Of a DNA stretch of 64,000 bases, positions 1-10,088 are shown in pieces (within the stretch, counting starts at the first letter, position 1; each line of letters begins with the position of its first letter). Both the position numbers and the translations under genes were made by a program. The notes below the pieces were generated by a model. The model worked only from the letters and a program-made list of their open reading frames with translations. It ran no database searches and was not told where the DNA came from. The stretch is from Theionarchaea archaeon (GTDB lineage: Archaea; Methanobacteriota_B; Thermococci; Methanofastidiosales; SZ-28-30). The stretch spans positions 1 to 64,000 of the forward strand of contig JACVGT010000002.1 of the NCBI GenBank assembly GCA_018992685.1, read 5' to 3'.

Positions 1-1
1 T

Positions 2-1285
2 CCTCTCATGAACTGCATGACCTGGCTGGATTCCAGAGCGGCCGGGCAGGCGAAGAAAATCATCGGGAAAGGGATTTTGAAAGTTTCAGGGTATTCTTTG
101 ATACCATTGTTCCAATTTTTGAGAATTACAGGAGGCTCACCGGGGAAGGCAGGCAAAGATGCCATAAGCAAGATTGTATGGTTGAAGGAAGAAGCACCCC
201 AAATCTACCAGGGGAGTTATAGACTTTTGGATGTAAAAGACTACCTGATCTACCGGTGTACTGGAAAATTTGTCACCAGCCGAGACTGCGCCAATGTTTC
301 CTGGATGATGGATACCAGGCCAGGAAAGTTCTGCTGGTCACAGACCATTTTGAATAAGTACGGAATCGATGGGGAAAAGCTCCCAGACATAAGAAAATCA
401 ACTGATATTGCAGGACGGGTAACAGAATCAGCATCCCGGGAGCTGACCGTTCCTGAGGGAACACCGGTAATCACAGGAGCGGGAGACATGGCGTCTGCAG
501 CCCTGGGTTCAGGAGCAGTTCTTCCTGGAGAACCCCACGTGTATGTGGGAACGAGCTCGTGGATAGCAGCCCATCTCCCTGCCAGGAAGAAGGATTTAAG
601 ACACTACATGGGCAGTATTTGCAGTGGAAACCCTGATCTATACATGCTGGTAGCCGAACAAGAGACAGCATCAGGGTGCCTGGAGTGGATCAAGCACAAT
701 ATTGTGCGTGAATGGGACTACGAACAGCTGAACCAGTATGTATCTGAAGTAGAGCCAGGAGCTGGAGGCGTCATTTTCACCCCCTGGCTGTTCGGCGAGA
801 GGAGTCCACTTGATGATTCAGAAGTCAGAGCAGGGTTCTACAATCTGAGTCTGGAACACACCCGGGGGCATATGGCCAGAGCTGTCTATGAGGGTGTGGC
901 GGTGAATATCTCCTGGGCTTTTCAGTATTTTGAACAACTAATCTCCTCTTTCAGGGCAGGCAATGTGGTAAACCTAATTGGCGGCGGTGCACAATCTACT
1001 GTATGGTGTCAGATCTTTGCTGATGCCTTGGGCTGTCCTGTGGCCAGAGTGGAAAACCCTGTAGATGCAGGAGCACGGGGTGCTGCAGCTCTTGCTCTGC
1101 TTTCCCTGGGGCATCTGGAAGAGTTTGCTGATATCAAGAAACTAATTACTGTGGAGAAACGATTCGAGCCAAGGGAAGAAAACACAGCACTGTACAGAAA
1201 AATGCGCGAAGAGTTCAAATCAATTTGTAAAAAGAGGGTTTCCACGCGAAAAGGAGAGAAGACAGAACACCTGGGTTCTGGATAG
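2..1285 (+). CDS. FGGY-family carbohydrate kinase (xylulokinase-like), 5'-truncated by the window edge
   Basis: TWLDSRA, GAGD, YVGTSSW, PWLFGERSP, RAVYEGVA and GGGAQS motifs. The N-terminal phosphate-binding motif is absent and the frame is open to the edge. Confidence 0.9.
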   Translation, partial: PLMNCMTWLDSRAAGQAKKIIGKGILKVSGYSLIPLFQFLRITGGSPGKAGKDAISKIVWLKEEAPQIYQGSYRLLDVKDYLIYRCTGKFVTSRDCANVSWMMDTRPGKFCWSQTILNKYGIDGEKLPDIRKSTDIAGRVTESASRELTVPEGTPVITGAGDMASAALGSGAVLPGEPHVYVGTSSWIAAHLPARKKDLRHYMGSICSGNPDLYMLVAEQETASGCLEWIKHNIVREWDYEQLNQYVSEVEPGAGGVIFTPWLFGERSPLDDSEVRAGFYNLSLEHTRGHMARAVYEGVAVNISWAFQYFEQLISSFRAGNVVNLIGGGAQSTVWCQIFADALGCPVARVENPVDAGARGAAALALLSLGHLEEFADIKKLITVEKRFEPREENTALYRKMREEFKSICKKRVSTRKGEKTEHLGSG

Positions 1286-1297
1286 CTTCCATCTTCA

Positions 1298-4084
1298 TCA
1301 GATTTTTACTCTGGGATCGAGCCACCTGTAGGAGATATCAGTTACCAGGTTTGCAATAAGGATCATCAGAGCCAGTGCGAGAGACGTTCCGATAACGGAG
1401 AAGTAGTCTCTCATGAAAGCAGCATCTACGAAGTATTTACCCATCCCCGGCCATGAGAACATTTTTTCAATGATAGGTGATCCCCCAAGCATCATAGCAA
1501 TCCTCAGCCCAATGACCGTCAGAATCGGGAGTATTGCGTTCCTCAATGCATGCTTGTAGATAACAATTCTTTCTTTCAATCCCTTGGAGCGGGCAGTCAG
1601 GATGTAGTCTTCCCTCAGTACACTGAGCATGGAAGATCGAACCAATCGGGTTGTATAGCCAATGGAGGCCAGCGTTAACGTCAGGACAGGTAGCATGAGG
1701 TGCTTCAGGTAGTCCAGGTAATAGGTCAGATCATGGGGGACATTTTGTCCTGCAAATTCCCAGGAATGAGTACCTCCAAAGGGAAACCATCCAAGTACCA
1801 GTGAGAAAAGGAGTATGAGCATCAGTCCAATGACAAACTCCGGAAATGAAGCACCAAACAGGGAACCCATGACAATGTATGTGTCAGTGCGCGTGTTGCG
1901 GTGAATCGCTGATATGATTCCCAGTGGTACAGCAATAACTGTTGAAAGAACCAGGGCAAGAATCTGGTAGATCAATGTATTGGGCAGCCTCACAAGGATT
2001 TCTGAGAGAACAGGTTGACCAGTGGTGAACGAAAATCCAAGGTTTCCTCTCACTGCCTGTTGTAACCAGCGGTAATACTGGATATACCATGGTTGGTCCA
2101 ATCCCCACGCCTTCTTAAGCAGAAGATACTCCTCCATGGTGGGTCTCTCTCTGAACACCTGTTCCAGCCCCATGACTCTGTCGACTGCATCTCCCGGACA
2201 GAGGTAAACCAGAATGAAGACAATGAAGGAAACAGCCAGCAGTATAGGCACAAGAAAAACGAGTCTTCTTGCAACATACCGTAGCAATCCGGGATCGAAA
2301 AGTCTGGATTTCCCTGGCTTCGTTTCCACTGGAGCAAAGGCAGGTGTAGGCCTCAACAGCCCTCTGCGCTCCATGTTCCTTAGAATCAGTCCCAGGCACT
2401 CATCAATCTCCGCTTCAAGATATGAATCTACATTCTTAGGAAGTGCAGATCTCTTCCTCACCAATTCATCATATCTCGTGTGCGCCCGCGAAACGTTGCC
2501 CCTGTCAATATCAGAAGCAAGTCTCTGAGCGTCTCTTAGAAATATCTGGAGAAGACCAGAGGATTTCTTCCTTTTCGCCAGGTCGTCTTTCCTTTTTCCT
2601 TTGCTCCGAGACGAATAGATCAGCTCATCCATGAAAACCGGAAAAATGATGGCGAGTGTCACGATTATCAGCCACAGGGGAACAGGTACATCATGTTCAG
2701 TACGAACCTCCTTGTATTGAGCCTTTTTGTTAAGATCTATCTCAAAGATATTTGGTGTCGCCATGCCTGAGACAAACGCCGTATCATCCTCTCCGAAGGT
2801 TATTCCTCGGGGCAAGTTGTCAGGGACATAGTACCAGAGTGAGACTCTTCTAGTTTTCACTGTGATATGAAACGCTTTTCTATCCCCGACTACTACAATT
2901 TCACCATCCTTGAAGGTAATATCACCCGAATGAGCAGATGGGCTTTTGAATTCATCCAAGATCACGTCATTTTCATAATCGTACTGATATATGACTGAGT
3001 CAGGATAAATTTTGTTCATGTTGCCAGAAATGTCTGGGAATTCCTCAATGGAATAGACATCCAGAACCCACAGGTTGGCACCATCCCACGCCACCCCATA
3101 GGGTGTACTGTATGGGGTCTCATAACTTGATACCACCTCCCCCTGAGGAGAAATCTGATAGATAGTCCTCTTACTGAAATCACAAACCCAGAAGTTCTCT
3201 CCATCAAAGGTCAAACCCGTTGCTTCAAAGCAGGGTACATCAATTGAATCTACCACTTCATGTGTGGTGAGATCATATTTCAGGATAGCACCGTGATATC
3301 CTGAGGTAATCCACAGGTACCCATCCATGTACAGCAACCCATTTGCTGCATGCGTGGGGCTCTCAAATTCATTCTCCACTGTGAACCTGTGAGGGATATT
3401 TCTCTCCCCCTGCCGTTCTTCATAAATCCCTACACCATACCAGCCCCCCACAAAGACAATGCAGGCTATGAAGATGATAATCTTATTACTTCGCCTCATC
3501 CTGACGGGATTGGGAATTGAACGAAAAGACAATCCTTTCGCAACCCCGGCCAGCCTGTCTTTGATCTTTTTCTCGGCCTGGGGTTCTCTTCCAGTCATTT
3601 CATGCCTCGAGGGACCAGTGTGTTCCAGGGCCGGTGGTTCAGGATGTGGCTGGATATGAACGTCAACACTTCCTTCTTCTTCCTTCTGGATTTCCTTTCC
3701 GATTTTGAAAAGATATTCTTCAATTTCTGATCTGAGGATGGGATCCCCATCTGTGGGAAGCCTCAGTTCCTGTTTCAGAAGCTCTGCGTACAGTCTTTTG
3801 GCCTGTCCTACATCATAAGTAGCAAGGGCACTATAGAGTTCCTTGGCTTCAGAAAGCAGGCGCTGTGTATTCCTTCCACGGTCTGTTTCTTTGTGTCTGG
3901 CAGTCTTTTTCTGAGAGACTTCACTACTGATTGGAGATTCTCCGGGCAGATCTTGAACAGCGTCCTTGAAATCAGGAGACTCAGCCCCCAGATGAATTCC
4001 CAGGTAGGCTGCCCGTTCCCTGATCTTCCGTTCATTCTGTTCCAGCTTTTTCAAAGCATCTTCAAGATCATTGGCTTTTTTCAT
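1298..4084 (-). CDS. Fusion protein: helical domain - TM - beta-propeller - TM - helical domain - DppB/OppB-type ABC permease
   Basis: C-terminal ~320 aa are DppB-like (GLDQPWYIQY, GNLGFSF, EDYILTARSKGL, HALRNA, FSWPGMG). The middle has GLTFDG/GVAWDG propeller blades. Start moved to ATG 4084 behind GGAGA (track start 4132). Confidence 0.8.
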   Translation of the reverse strand: MKKANDLEDALKKLEQNERKIRERAAYLGIHLGAESPDFKDAVQDLPGESPISSEVSQKKTARHKETDRGRNTQRLLSEAKELYSALATYDVGQAKRLYAELLKQELRLPTDGDPILRSEIEEYLFKIGKEIQKEEEGSVDVHIQPHPEPPALEHTGPSRHEMTGREPQAEKKIKDRLAGVAKGLSFRSIPNPVRMRRSNKIIIFIACIVFVGGWYGVGIYEERQGERNIPHRFTVENEFESPTHAANGLLYMDGYLWITSGYHGAILKYDLTTHEVVDSIDVPCFEATGLTFDGENFWVCDFSKRTIYQISPQGEVVSSYETPYSTPYGVAWDGANLWVLDVYSIEEFPDISGNMNKIYPDSVIYQYDYENDVILDEFKSPSAHSGDITFKDGEIVVVGDRKAFHITVKTRRVSLWYYVPDNLPRGITFGEDDTAFVSGMATPNIFEIDLNKKAQYKEVRTEHDVPVPLWLIIVTLAIIFPVFMDELIYSSRSKGKRKDDLAKRKKSSGLLQIFLRDAQRLASDIDRGNVSRAHTRYDELVRKRSALPKNVDSYLEAEIDECLGLILRNMERRGLLRPTPAFAPVETKPGKSRLFDPGLLRYVARRLVFLVPILLAVSFIVFILVYLCPGDAVDRVMGLEQVFRERPTMEEYLLLKKAWGLDQPWYIQYYRWLQQAVRGNLGFSFTTGQPVLSEILVRLPNTLIYQILALVLSTVIAVPLGIISAIHRNTRTDTYIVMGSLFGASFPEFVIGLMLILLFSLVLGWFPFGGTHSWEFAGQNVPHDLTYYLDYLKHLMLPVLTLTLASIGYTTRLVRSSMLSVLREDYILTARSKGLKERIVIYKHALRNAILPILTVIGLRIAMMLGGSPIIEKMFSWPGMGKYFVDAAFMRDYFSVIGTSLALALMILIANLVTDISYRWLDPRVKI

Positions 4085-4413
4085 GATCCCTATCTCCTTT
4101 TTCAAGTCTCTCCAACTCGCTGCAACAGCCACTCTCCGAAATATTACTACTGTAAGTAGTAGCCGGTACCATTGTGCGCGGCTGTCTTATATATGTTTCG
4201 GTGAAAAGAAAACAATAGCTTCGTGGGCAATCCAGACTTCATGGTGAAAACTGGTGAAGAAATAGACGGGAAAACAAGATGGAGTGACATTCATGGCCGC
4301 TGGGAAACAGGTCTGCATCAATTGTGTTGTCTGGTAATAAAAGAATAAAAGAAAAAAAGAAAAGGGGAATATGAATCCGTCTCAAGGAAAGTGCATTTCA
4401 CAGGGATTCAGGT

Positions 4414-5388
4414 TCAGCCCAGTTCACCGTTGAATAGATTGGTGCGCTTCACATGGACAACTGCAAGACCCACCATCACGACAATCCACCCTGAAAAGAG
4501 CAAATGCTGCTGAGGGCTGAAATCACCCATGAAATACTCCAAGAACATGATGACAATCCAAAGGTGAGCGAAGTCCATGACGTGAGAGTGCTTTTCAGGA
4601 TGGGCAAAGTAATAGAGTGAGACATTGGCGCAGATCAAAGCTGCTGTGATATACAAATTGAGGAGACCACAAAACACGATGCTAAATCCAAAAAAAATCA
4701 CCAAGAACAGAACTTTCAGTGTATTTGATGTATTCTGACCCAGTTTCTGGACAGTATGGGACGCACTGCTGATCCTGTCTACATGAAAATCACGTACTTG
4801 ATTATCAATTTGTCCTATTAGACTTATCAGCAAAAGAATGACCACACTTCCCCATACAAATGATTCAGCTGTGACCTTCACTCCAATGAAGTAGAGATAG
4901 CTTGCAGCAATGATCAGACCTTTCCACAAGAAGACAAAGATCCAGTCCCAGTATTTACGGTCTCTCAGCCTCACTGGTGGCGCAGAATAGAGCAGAGCAA
5001 GCACGTTGAGCAGTAGGATGGGTATGAAGACAGCCCGGGTTATAGAAGCTGCCAAGACGAGGCTGGCTCCAGGGCTGATATAGAGGACTGCGGTTCCAAT
5101 CTTTCGGCGTTCTTCTGTGCAGAATACGTTTCTCGTCCCTTTGTTGGGGTCTCTGGAATCATGAGGGGCATCAAAAAAATCGTTGACGACGAACATGAAG
5201 ACATTACCGCAGAATACACTGACCGCGAGAATGATTACCTGCAATGAGAACCCCTGCAGATAATTCCAGAAGAATCCCACCAAGATTAGACCAGATGAAA
5301 CCACAGCATACTCAAATCGCAGATCTTCTAGGAGCAGCAACACAGACTGGCTTCGGCCGAGAACCTGGTAGCTGGAAGTGGACATCAC
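4414..5388 (-). CDS. UbiA-family prenyltransferase
   Basis: NDFFDAPHD and NQVRDFHVD Asp-rich motifs, YSAPPVRLR, multiple TM helices. Confidence 0.85.
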   Translation of the reverse strand: MMSTSSYQVLGRSQSVLLLLEDLRFEYAVVSSGLILVGFFWNYLQGFSLQVIILAVSVFCGNVFMFVVNDFFDAPHDSRDPNKGTRNVFCTEERRKIGTAVLYISPGASLVLAASITRAVFIPILLLNVLALLYSAPPVRLRDRKYWDWIFVFLWKGLIIAASYLYFIGVKVTAESFVWGSVVILLLISLIGQIDNQVRDFHVDRISSASHTVQKLGQNTSNTLKVLFLVIFFGFSIVFCGLLNLYITAALICANVSLYYFAHPEKHSHVMDFAHLWIVIMFLEYFMGDFSPQQHLLFSGWIVVMVGLAVVHVKRTNLFNGELG

Positions 5389-5664
5389 ACATCACCATCA
5401 GAGGGGGGATGGGTGATCCTGCTTGACAACGCATTCTTCTCACTGGAACTACTGGTACACACTGGGGGCATAGGCTGATGTTCAGACGTCGCTCCCCCGG
5501 ATGTCGAATCTCCCATAGAGTACATCTGCTTTGGATTCATTATCACAATCTGTAGAACAGATATTTAAACATTGCGTCATTAGAATTCAGAGGAGGTTGG
5601 AAAGGTGTCAGGAAAGAGCCTTTGACTCAACTTTATAAGTTCTCGTGACAGAGAGACTCAGGAG

Positions 5665-7053
5665 TTGACCCGCATGTTGGATATTCTAGAACGTTGCATT
5701 GATGTCTGTTCTCATCCTGAGCACCTATTGCAGATACGAGGCCAGAGGAGACAGGTGACAGCGTGCACTGTCAAGAATAGTGTCGTCCAGCAGTTCTCCA
5801 CCCTTTCTGTTCAAGGAGTGGGAGTGAGAGCCCGTGTTGATAATGGATGTTGGGGGTTCAGTTCAGTCAATACATGTGAAGCAAGCCAGGTGGAGCAGGC
5901 AGCCAGGCAGGCTGTGGCTTTGGGGAAAGCGGCTTCACGAGTTTCTCAGGATCGTGTTGAAATTCAGACACAGAAAGCCGTCACTGATACGGTTTCTTCA
6001 CCAGTCAAGGTTTCCCCTTCAGGATTAGCTGAAGAAATTGTGGACATTCCCATGAGGGCGTGCACGAGTGCGCTGGGTGCAGGACCGGAGATTAAAGATT
6101 GTAAAGCAACCTATATTAGTATGGAAGATCAAAAGTATTTTGTCAGTTCAGAAGGGTCACAGATCACTGAACATATTACAAGAATCATGCTGTTCGTCAA
6201 TGTGGTGGCAAGGAGGAATGATGTCGTCTGCCCGTGTTCTGACAATGTGGGGTTTACAGGGGGGTGGGAAGTTTTCGATGAAACCTCACCTGAAGAGCTG
6301 GGGCAGACGGTTGCAGAAAAGGCAGTGAATCTACTGGCCGCCAAGACCCCGCCCTCGGGTACGGTTCGTGTGATTATTGGCCCCAAGTTATGCGCTACCC
6401 TCCTTCACGAGGCCATTGGTCATCCCTTGGAGGCTGATCTTGCCATGGCGGGAGGAGGATTTGGCACTCAACTCAATAGACCAGTGTGTTCTGAATTGGT
6501 GACTATTTACGATGATGGACATGTACCAGGAGGGCTGGGCTATTTTTTCTATGACGATGAGGGGACACCCTGCACCCGTACCACCTTGATTGACTGCGGA
6601 GTTTTGAAATCATTCATGCATGACCGCGAGAGTGCCTCAGCTGCAGGGGTTCTACCCACCGGGAATGCTCACGCCTGGGACTACAGCGTGGAGCCCTTGA
6701 TCAGGCAAACCAACATCGGTATTGAACCAGGGGAATATACGGTCGAGGAGATGATAGAAGACGTCTCTGACGGATTGTTTCTGGAAGGAACCTTTGGAGG
6801 GCAAGCAGACTCCAATGCTGATTTCACTTTTGGCTTTCAGAGCGCCCGGGCAATTGAAAAAGGGGAGCTCACAGAGGAGTTCAGGGGTGCAAATGTGGCT
6901 GGAAATGCTATTGACGTGTTCAAGACCATTGACGCCGTGAGCAACACGTCAGTGTTGAGGCCCGGTGCATGCGGGAAGCATCAGTTCGCAGTTCAGGGAC
7001 GGGTGGTTCCAGCCATCAGGTGCCACATCATGGTGGGAGGACATGGAGGCTAG
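5665..7053 (+). CDS. tldD: TldD metalloprotease subunit
   Basis: HEAIGHPLEAD metal motif, YDDEG, RQTN, C-terminal CGK. Confidence 0.9.
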   Translation: MTRMLDILERCIDVCSHPEHLLQIRGQRRQVTACTVKNSVVQQFSTLSVQGVGVRARVDNGCWGFSSVNTCEASQVEQAARQAVALGKAASRVSQDRVEIQTQKAVTDTVSSPVKVSPSGLAEEIVDIPMRACTSALGAGPEIKDCKATYISMEDQKYFVSSEGSQITEHITRIMLFVNVVARRNDVVCPCSDNVGFTGGWEVFDETSPEELGQTVAEKAVNLLAAKTPPSGTVRVIIGPKLCATLLHEAIGHPLEADLAMAGGGFGTQLNRPVCSELVTIYDDGHVPGGLGYFFYDDEGTPCTRTTLIDCGVLKSFMHDRESASAAGVLPTGNAHAWDYSVEPLIRQTNIGIEPGEYTVEEMIEDVSDGLFLEGTFGGQADSNADFTFGFQSARAIEKGELTEEFRGANVAGNAIDVFKTIDAVSNTSVLRPGACGKHQFAVQGRVVPAIRCHIMVGGHGG

Positions 7054-7056
7054 ATC

Positions 7057-8436
7057 ATGGAAGAATGGAAGGTACTCCACGGCTTGTGTTCAAGAACTGT
7101 TACAGATCTAGAGAAAAAGGGAGTGACAGCAGAAGCTTTCCTTACAGCAGACAGTACCACTAAGGTATCTATCAGGAATTCCAGAATACTAACTCAAACC
7201 AACGAGAGAGACGCTGGCGTGGGAATACGGGTGATAAGAGGAAAAAGAGTGGGATTCGCCTGTACCAACGTGGTGACAAGGGAGGCTATCATGAAAGCAG
7301 GAGATATGGCATATCATATGTCCAGGGTGAGTTCTGAAGTGCCCGGACTTGAGTTGCCTGAGCCAGGTAGGTATCCAGTGGTCCAGGATTTATATGATGA
7401 AACCATCACGTCCATCACGGGTGACGAGGCAGTGGACGTTGCCTGCAGGGCCCTGACTGCAGCAGAAGGACATGATCCACGGGTGCGGGTGAAGAGTGGT
7501 GTTATCATGTTCAGGAGTGGCTGGCGAGGTGTAGTGTCTTCTTTGGGGATTGACAGTGAGGAGCAGGAAACAAGAGCCGCCATGTATCTGGGAGGAGTGG
7601 GTGAATCAGGTGATGAAGTCACCGGAATTTGCTCTGATTGTGAATGCGGTCGTACGGCGGTGCTTTCTCCTGAGACTCTGGGAGAGTCGGTAGGGGAAAA
7701 GGTGCTGGAAATGTTTCATCCGTGCTCGGTGAAAACAGGGAAAACCACGGTGATTCTGGGTCCAGAGGCAGGGAACTACCAGGTGATAGAAGTACTCATT
7801 GATGCACTGCGGGGAGATTCAGTCATGACAGGGCGTTCTTTCTGGACCGGGGAACTCGGATCTCCTGTCGCGAGTCCCCTCCTGAGTATCCATGATAATG
7901 GGGTATTGAGGAATGGCTTTTCGTCACGGCGATTTGATGACGAAGGGTACCCCTCTCAGGAAACTGTGGTTGTACAGGAGGGAGTTCTTGTATCCTATTT
8001 GCATAATGCTTGGTCTGCTCATGGGTTGAACGTGGAAAACACAGGAAATGCTTCTCGATTTGTAGGCGGGTTCGACCTTGTCCGTAATATTATTGGTTAC
8101 GGGTACCGTACAGAGCCAGAAATCTACTGTTCAAATCTGGTGATCCTTCCAGGAACCAAATCCAGAGATGAACTCGTGTCTGAGGTCTCTGAAGGGGTTT
8201 TGGTGGAATCAATGGCAGGATTTCCCCAGGCGGGATCTGGGGTGATCAGTGCACAATTATCTCGAGCATTTTCCATCAGGAACGGAGAGATACAGCACCC
8301 CGTAAAGGGCATGATCTCTGGAGTTGCATTTGACTGGCTAACCAAAATCTCTGATGTGGGAAATGACAGCAAGCAGTTTGAGAATGCCGTCCTCCCATCA
8401 CTACGAATTGAAGACGTCCACATGGTAGGTGGATGA
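7057..8436 (+). CDS. pmbA: TldE/PmbA partner subunit
   Basis: GVGIRV, FDDEG, TGNA; lacks HExxH; starts 3 nt after tldD. Confidence 0.88.
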   Translation: MEEWKVLHGLCSRTVTDLEKKGVTAEAFLTADSTTKVSIRNSRILTQTNERDAGVGIRVIRGKRVGFACTNVVTREAIMKAGDMAYHMSRVSSEVPGLELPEPGRYPVVQDLYDETITSITGDEAVDVACRALTAAEGHDPRVRVKSGVIMFRSGWRGVVSSLGIDSEEQETRAAMYLGGVGESGDEVTGICSDCECGRTAVLSPETLGESVGEKVLEMFHPCSVKTGKTTVILGPEAGNYQVIEVLIDALRGDSVMTGRSFWTGELGSPVASPLLSIHDNGVLRNGFSSRRFDDEGYPSQETVVVQEGVLVSYLHNAWSAHGLNVENTGNASRFVGGFDLVRNIIGYGYRTEPEIYCSNLVILPGTKSRDELVSEVSEGVLVESMAGFPQAGSGVISAQLSRAFSIRNGEIQHPVKGMISGVAFDWLTKISDVGNDSKQFENAVLPSLRIEDVHMVGG

Positions 8437-8447
8437 TTACCTGGAGA

Positions 8448-8897
8448 CTACCCGGTTATGGAGAAGGTTCCTTCTGCTACCGCACTCTTCTCGGATATCG
8501 TATCCGTTATAGTCACAGTTACAGTGTATGTTCCTTCACCAAGATTTGCAGTGGCAATCCAGAATTTGAACCATACGTAGACAGGCTTTCTCTCTAACGG
8601 TATTTCCATGGATTGGGTTATTTCTCCTTGGGAGATGCCCTGTGCGTCAAAGACCTCCAGCGTGGCATCAAAGTACGATACGTACCCTTCCTCCTCTTCC
8701 AGATATCCAAACCGAAAAGCCTCCATATACATCCACAATATGTCGCCTCTTGTATACGCAGCATCTGGATTTCGGCTGTACGAGCGATCAGAGGGTTCAG
8801 TATTGCAGAAAGTGATATCAGTGACAGTGAAGTTCTCTTGCCCTAAACAGCCTATCGCAAAGACTGCAACCAATACAAGACAGACGGACCATTTCAT
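8448..8897 (-). CDS. Lipoprotein with Ig-like domain
   Basis: Lipobox-like AIGCLG after a hydrophobic stretch; GTYTVTVTITD strand; BRE/TATA at about 8917-8932. Confidence 0.7.
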   Translation of the reverse strand: MKWSVCLVLVAVFAIGCLGQENFTVTDITFCNTEPSDRSYSRNPDAAYTRGDILWMYMEAFRFGYLEEEEGYVSYFDATLEVFDAQGISQGEITQSMEIPLERKPVYVWFKFWIATANLGEGTYTVTVTITDTISEKSAVAEGTFSITG

Positions 8898-8942
8898 AGA
8901 TTTCCTACCTCTTTGGGTATATTAACTTTTCCTTCCGTCTCT

Positions 8943-10088
8943 CTACACTGCTTCTACAATGATGTACCATATTCCGGAATAGGTGCCAGCTTCCATGGCT
9001 TCAGGAAGCACACCCCAGAATATGAGGTGGACTGAATCGTTCTGGCTGAATCCACGGGAACCTGCGTAGTTGGGGTATATCACCTGTTTATCTCCCGTGA
9101 GCTGCACCTGCTGGCCTGAAACCTCAACGTAAAAAGCCTCCACAGGCAGCATGTTTCCTTCAGGAGAATACAGGTTACTGCCTTCCACAGAAATATTCAC
9201 CCCAGAATTCGAGGTGACAACTACATAAAGGGAAACTCCGGACAGTTGCTCTCCTGGAGATCCCTTGCCGAAATCGACTCTAGTCATGGAAGAGCCTGTG
9301 CTGTCCTCCACACGAAAGGACATGTACCGGGTAACTGCCACATGTTCAGACACCTGTGCTGGCTGATACTCTGTGTCAATGGCCTCAATTAGCAGAATCC
9401 AATCTCCCGGGGCAGCTATCTCACCGAGTGAAAAGGTCAATGTCCATGCAATCTCAGTGGGCGTTACAGAAGCTGCAGCCTGTACAGGAAAATCTGACTT
9501 CCACACGGTATAAATATTGGGAGCCTCCCAGCTGAAAATATAACATTCTCTCTCAGATGGTGTCTTGGACTTTTGATAGAGCGTGACCTGTACAGAAGTC
9601 AGATCCTCCACCCCGAAATTATCTGAAACAGAAAAAGACAGTGCATACTCTTGGGCAGGATTGATAACATGTGGGTAAGACACCCCTGTTATCTCAGGTG
9701 GATAGTTGACCCCTATCTCAAAAAACGTCTTCTTCAGGATTTCTACTCCCCCCCAGGTCTTCACCGTAACCTCAGCTGTTCCCAGTCCAGGAGAGACGTT
9801 AAGAGGCAGATCACATCCATACTGATACACCTTCGTTGCAGCTGCATCAAGACGTTCAGTTCCTGCAGGATAGGTGTCCTCCACTGTGTACACCACATGC
9901 TGGGAATCAGACACCTCCACCCTCACAGACTGTAACCACTCCTCACCTGATGTTCTATTCTCAATTGTGACCTCAATTCTCATGGGCTCTCCCGGCTCAT
10001 AGAATGATTCATCCACCGTGATGTCAACTCTGAACCCGGGCAGCTGAACCACCAGCAACAGGAGAAGAACTCCCCACCTCATACTCAT
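8943..10088 (-). CDS. Secreted multi-Ig-like surface protein
   Basis: Signal peptide, beta-rich domains, ends AGTYSGIWYIIVEAV; ATGA overlap with the upstream gene. Confidence 0.65.
   Translation of the reverse strand: MSMRWGVLLLLLVVQLPGFRVDITVDESFYEPGEPMRIEVTIENRTSGEEWLQSVRVEVSDSQHVVYTVEDTYPAGTERLDAAATKVYQYGCDLPLNVSPGLGTAEVTVKTWGGVEILKKTFFEIGVNYPPEITGVSYPHVINPAQEYALSFSVSDNFGVEDLTSVQVTLYQKSKTPSERECYIFSWEAPNIYTVWKSDFPVQAAASVTPTEIAWTLTFSLGEIAAPGDWILLIEAIDTEYQPAQVSEHVAVTRYMSFRVEDSTGSSMTRVDFGKGSPGEQLSGVSLYVVVTSNSGVNISVEGSNLYSPEGNMLPVEAFYVEVSGQQVQLTGDKQVIYPNYAGSRGFSQNDSVHLIFWGVLPEAMEAGTYSGIWYIIVEAV

Noticed and set aside
5665-8436. TldD/TldE as the dedicated protease of the putative RiPP
   Set aside because: About 30 kb away and widespread in archaea; action in trans is possible but nothing here supports it.
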